Virus record (IMG/VR): IMGVR_UViG_2529293078_000013 | Strand: one strand, 5' to 3' | From: a virus | Taxonomy: Duplodnaviria > Heunggongvirae > Uroviricota > Caudoviricetes | Length of the DNA: 39,465 nucleotides | Shown: positions 36,021-39,465 of the stretch, piece by piece | How the letters are laid out: every line of letters begins with the position of its first letter | How positions within the stretch are numbered: position 1 is the first letter of the stretch | Made by a program: the position numbers and the translations under genes | The notes under the pieces: model-generated | Told to the model about the DNA's origin: nothing | The model's input: the letters and a program-made list of their open reading frames with translations, nothing else | The model's database searches: none

Positions 36021-38111
36021 TCAGGCCAGCGGGTCATTTTCTTTTAATTTCGCTTCCAGCAACTGCAATCCCCGCTGGAAATTACGCTCGTATTCTTCAT
36101 CAGGTTCATCGTCAGCGACCGGTTGCTGAACGGTCACCGTATTACCCACAGGGCGGTATATGTTTTCCAGCCAGGGCTCCTGCGGCTTGTGCTCCAGCAC
36201 GTTGACAACCTCATCCTCGGCATCACGGATTTTTTCCTCTGCGCGTTTACGCATGCCTTTAAGGCGTTGCTGCTGTTTGTAGTATTCCGCGCTGACCGGG
36301 AAGGCTTCGCGTTTATTGCCGTCCCATACCGCCTCGCAAATCACGCTGCCATCCAGGCGACGTACGGTAATTCGTTCGGCATCATGAATGTCATAGCTGA
36401 TAAGCACCTTACGGCCATGCTCGTCACGCAGCTCGGGCGCGTAGTAAATATTATTCAGCCAGCGTATTTCACAGCGTCTTACAGGGCGTTCCACCATCGG
36501 CCGGAACATATCCCGCAGCTCAACATCGGACAGCCATTCAATTTCCGTGTCCTCTTCCGCCAGGCGTTTTTTTCTGAACTCCGCCGGGCTGTAATGCTTG
36601 CCGTTCGGCTTCACCGGTAATTCATCGTGCGGCCGGTTGTTGTACCACTCAACACCGTCACGAATGGCATCAATCAGTTCAGACCAGGACGGTAAATCAC
36701 GCATCGCTGACTGCTGCCGGGCGTTCAGCCGTTTGCCCTGTTGCAGGGCAGTAAATGCCGAGCGTAAATCGCGGTTGGTTTTGCGTAACGTCTCGCGATC
36801 TGCACCTTTCCCGAAATAGGTGCGGTATTTACGGGCTATGCGCATCGGTAATGTGCGGTTAAGCCGTTCGATAATGCCTCGTCCCTGCGGATTACCGGCA
36901 ATCCCGGTCGGGTGATTAATCCCCAGTCGCGGCAGTATCCCCACAACCTCCTTATCCAGGATGTCGGCGGTTTCCCCGGAGCCGTTATCCGAGTAATACA
37001 GAAACGGTTTGCCGTGATGGCGAATGCCGTGCTGTATGGCACCGGCTACGGCGAAAACATTTTCAGCCAGGTCAAGGCTCCAGCCCACCACAAAGCGCGT
37101 GCCACCGTCGATAACAAAGGTCACTTCCGGTGCAAATGGCCGACCGTGAACCGGGTGTGCGCATTTCAGCTTCATGCCGTGACCGTCACCAATCCAGACA
37201 TAATTCACCGGCATTCTGGACCAGTCGCGGCGCGTGAATCCCTCAAGCTGGCGGTATTCACTGCCGGTCACCCGGCCTTTTTGTTTCACCACTTCCGGCA
37301 GTTTCTTCATTGCGCGGCGAATGGTGTCATAAGACGGCATGATATCGAGCATATAAGGCTCATCAGCGTGCCGGTGCTGCCATTCAGCGACAAAATCCTC
37401 GTAAGCCTCGGTCATTGGTCGGCCGTTTGACTGGCGATACTGCGCCAGAAATTCGGGCAGCCAGTTAATATCTTCGGCTTTTATTTCCTGGCGCTTACCC
37501 GGTGCCAGTAAAAGCAGGCGTTCAGCGGCGTTCTGCGCCTTGTTAAAGGCCGCAATCCAGCGTTTCAGCGTGATTTCACTTAACGCGCGGCTGTTTCCCT
37601 TTTTGGCGTTCGCCGTCTCAACCATTGCCACAATGCGCTCGTCCAGCTGCGAACGTGCCAGGTTGTCAACGATAAACCGGATAGCCTTCGCACAGCTGAA
37701 ACCAGGTTGTTGCGCGACTTTCAGAACTTCGCTGACGATCGCGATTCGTGCATCAGCCACCTGGCGCTGGTTTTCAGTCAGGGCATTAAGGCGTTCGACC
37801 ATCAGTTGTGGTGATCCGCGATATGCCTCCACCGCATCAACCACGGCAGGCGAGCGTCTGGCCTTTGTCACCACTGGAGCCGGTGATTCATCGACTTTTT
37901 GAGTCATCAGTTGCAGGGCGTAGCGTTCACGTAATGCCTGCTGCGTCACTTCAGGTAAACAGTCGATGCTGTATTCAGTTGCTTTAGAGCCTGAGCGACG
38001 ACGGGAACAACAGCTTTTCCCTTGTACGTAACGTTGTAATGCCTGGCGAATACCTTTTGTTGTAGCAGGCATTCCGGGCGCGCCAATCAGTTCTTTTGCA
38101 ATGACATACAT
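36021..38111 (-). CDS. A: DDE transposase A (MuA-like)
   Basis: 696 aa; N-terminal DNA-binding region and central core (WIGDGHGMKL...GWSLD...) align in pattern with MuA; sits between ner and B. Confidence 0.9.
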   Translation of the reverse strand: MYVIAKELIGAPGMPATTKGIRQALQRYVQGKSCCSRRRSGSKATEYSIDCLPEVTQQALRERYALQLMTQKVDESPAPVVTKARRSPAVVDAVEAYRGSPQLMVERLNALTENQRQVADARIAIVSEVLKVAQQPGFSCAKAIRFIVDNLARSQLDERIVAMVETANAKKGNSRALSEITLKRWIAAFNKAQNAAERLLLLAPGKRQEIKAEDINWLPEFLAQYRQSNGRPMTEAYEDFVAEWQHRHADEPYMLDIMPSYDTIRRAMKKLPEVVKQKGRVTGSEYRQLEGFTRRDWSRMPVNYVWIGDGHGMKLKCAHPVHGRPFAPEVTFVIDGGTRFVVGWSLDLAENVFAVAGAIQHGIRHHGKPFLYYSDNGSGETADILDKEVVGILPRLGINHPTGIAGNPQGRGIIERLNRTLPMRIARKYRTYFGKGADRETLRKTNRDLRSAFTALQQGKRLNARQQSAMRDLPSWSELIDAIRDGVEWYNNRPHDELPVKPNGKHYSPAEFRKKRLAEEDTEIEWLSDVELRDMFRPMVERPVRRCEIRWLNNIYYAPELRDEHGRKVLISYDIHDAERITVRRLDGSVICEAVWDGNKREAFPVSAEYYKQQQRLKGMRKRAEEKIRDAEDEVVNVLEHKPQEPWLENIYRPVGNTVTVQQPVADDEPDEEYERNFQRGLQLLEAKLKENDPLA

Positions 38112-38112
38112 A

Positions 38113-38361
38113 TCATGACGCCTTTCTCATATAGCTCTTAACCTGGTATCGACTGGGCCAGATTTCTTCAGGCGATACCCCAAGAGCATCAGCAATTATT
38201 TGCTGATACGGTCGGCAAGGAGTACGTAATACGCTTTTCAGCGAATCCCTGCTGTAACCAGCCTTTAAAGATAAAGAGCGCAGTGATAAGCCAGCCATGT
38301 GTAAGCGCGCCTTGATGATTTCAGGCGGCCAATCGTGATCTGAAACTTCTCTTCTACTCAT
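38113..38361 (-). CDS. ner: Ner-like DNA-binding early regulator (Ner/Nlp family)
   Basis: IIADALGVSPEEIWPSRYQ matches the Ner/Nlp signature. Confidence 0.85.
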   Translation of the reverse strand: MSRREVSDHDWPPEIIKARLHMAGLSLRSLSLKAGYSRDSLKSVLRTPCRPYQQIIADALGVSPEEIWPSRYQVKSYMRKAS

Positions 38362-38528
38362 ACTTCCTCTATTCTAAAAAGTTACCCGCGCGGATATTCG
38401 TGCGGATATCTGTACGGGTAAATAATAGAACAAACAAAAGAACCAAATCAAGGTATTTTGTTCTTTTTATTCTTTGCGGTGTTTTTGTTATTAATATCAA
38501 TAAGATAAATACAAAGGAACCTGAGAGC
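38362..38528. promoter_or_regulatory. Divergent early/repressor promoter-operator region with repeats
   Basis: Inverted repeat TTACCCG...CGGGTAA flanking direct repeats GCGGATAT x2; second inverted repeat AAAAGAAC...GTTCTTTT with 16-bp spacer; AT-rich. Confidence 0.5.
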
Positions 38529-39113
38529 ATGAACATGAAAAACAGTTCTTTTCTCGACGAAGGAAAAGAACCAGTGATCGAACGGATTTTTCGTCTTGCA
38601 GAGCGTTACAAATCGAGAAGTGAGGCGGCTAGAGCATGGGGAATAAACGTTCAGACATTGCAGAACTACTACAAAAGGAGAAACAATCAGCCGCCACCAC
38701 AACCAAGAAAGCACCATCTCCAGAACATTGCAGAAAGAGAACATGTATCTATGGAGTGGCTAGTCAATGGTTATGGTGATGAGCCAAGCATGAAAAAAGA
38801 ACCAATTGAACAAACAAAAAGAACAAAAAAACAAAGAATTGATGATAGTGATTCCATCATCATGAGGGCGTGGGACTCGCTAACTTCATCTGAACAAGAG
38901 ATTTTGTCCAACTTATTGATCAGAAAAGGGGCCGAACTACTAACCGTTTTGCTTGATACAGATATTCAAAAACTGCACTCATTGAGCGGAGTCAAAAGAG
39001 CACTAGCATTGAGTCTACAAGAGTTACCCGATGATACTGTAAGAGAGATTTATGAAGAATGTGAAGCTAAGGTTAATCATTTAAATGTAACCCAGAAAAA
39101 GGCTGGTGCGTAA
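38529..39113 (+). CDS. c: Mu c-type lysogeny repressor (the six-frame ORF starts at 38400; start at Met 38529 preferred, AGGAA RBS)
   Basis: Divergent from ner next to the left end; N-terminal HTH; C-terminal region resembles the Mu repressor C-terminal domain. Confidence 0.7.
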   Translation: MNMKNSSFLDEGKEPVIERIFRLAERYKSRSEAARAWGINVQTLQNYYKRRNNQPPPQPRKHHLQNIAEREHVSMEWLVNGYGDEPSMKKEPIEQTKRTKKQRIDDSDSIIMRAWDSLTSSEQEILSNLLIRKGAELLTVLLDTDIQKLHSLSGVKRALALSLQELPDDTVREIYEECEAKVNHLNVTQKKAGA

Positions 39114-39210
39114 GGGAGTGGTGCAATTTTTGTGCTGTAGTACACTCCTTTAAAGACAATCTGGAGAAAAACGTTTTAAGCCTTTTTAAAGCCATTTTAA
39201 GCGTCAATCC

Positions 39211-39372
39211 GTAGTATCAAAAGTTTTGCCGATTTTAGAATAAACGATTAATTATTGCACAATCGGTATCAAATAGACTTTAAGCGCTCATCCAGACATC
39301 ACCTGTTTTATTTCAGTATCTTACAGGTGATTTCACCTCCTTTCACTAAAACCCTCGTTGGTATCAAATGAT
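39211..39372. repeat. Left-end (attL) cluster of three putative transposase-binding repeats with L1/L2/L3-like spacing
   Basis: GGTATCAAA at 39360-39368 and 39265-39273, AGTATCAAA at 39213-39221: inverted copies of the right-end motif; one site near the end, two about 95 and 145 bp inward, as in Mu. Confidence 0.6.
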
Positions 39373-39465
39373 TCACCTGGTTACAAGAAATGACAAAGGC
39401 ATCATTACGGTGCCTGAGTGTTAAACAACTGTTTTGACTTTATTCACTTACATTTTGCCAATTTG

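Larger units (their letters stand above)
72..39395 (-). mobile_element. Complete Mu-like transposable prophage, inverted relative to the standard Mu map (right end at window start, left end at window end); boundaries approximate (about +/-30 bp)
   Basis: Mu-like gene order on the minus strand with divergent repressor on plus; three TTTGATACC-type repeats at each end with Mu-like spacing; candidate 5'-TG...CA-3' termini at 72 and 39395, each 35 nt from the outer edge of the outermost repeat. No matching 5-bp target duplication found. Confidence 0.6.

Noticed and set aside
30-39440. Attempt to define exact termini by a matching 5-bp target-site duplication
   Set aside because: Shared 5-mers between the two flanks (for example GTGTT, AAAGG, CCTGA) are at chance frequency and none sits next to plausible TG/CA termini; boundaries are left approximate.
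1-39465. Integrase, tRNA gene or att core that would indicate site-specific integration
   Set aside because: No tyrosine or serine integrase other than the Gin invertase, and no tRNA-like sequence seen; transposase A/B plus terminal repeats indicate integration by transposition.

Overview
The window is almost entirely one complete Mu-like transposable prophage (about 39.3 kb), lying inverted relative to the conventional Mu map, with only a few tens of bp of flank on each side. Read from high to low coordinates on the minus strand it runs ner, transposase A, ATPase B, a variable early region ending in gam and gemA, a strong terminator, a single Mor/C-family activator, the lysis cassette, terminase/portal/head genes, tail and baseplate genes, tail fibre S, a short Gin-invertible segment, gin, a cargo island, then com and mom. 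The repressor is divergent on the plus strand next to the left end. Both ends carry three TTTGATACC-type repeats with Mu-like asymmetric spacing. All calls rest on reading the supplied translations and DNA by eye and on recalled similarity to phage Mu and E. coli proteins; no database search was run, so family names are hypotheses. I did not find a single clear-cut novel system. The strongest candidates for new biology are: (1) the cargo island between gin and com, holding a NanS-like sialate O-acetylesterase-lectin protein and a small membrane-protein/helical-protein operon convergent with a zinc-ribbon ORF; (2) an asymmetric 1.4 kb invertible segment with two alternative fibre tips but one tail-fibre-assembly gene; (3) an AT-rich block of small early genes including a strongly acidic protein; (4) a perfect (GCTTCG)12 repeat inside a head-region gene. 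Exact prophage termini and the target-site duplication could not be resolved.
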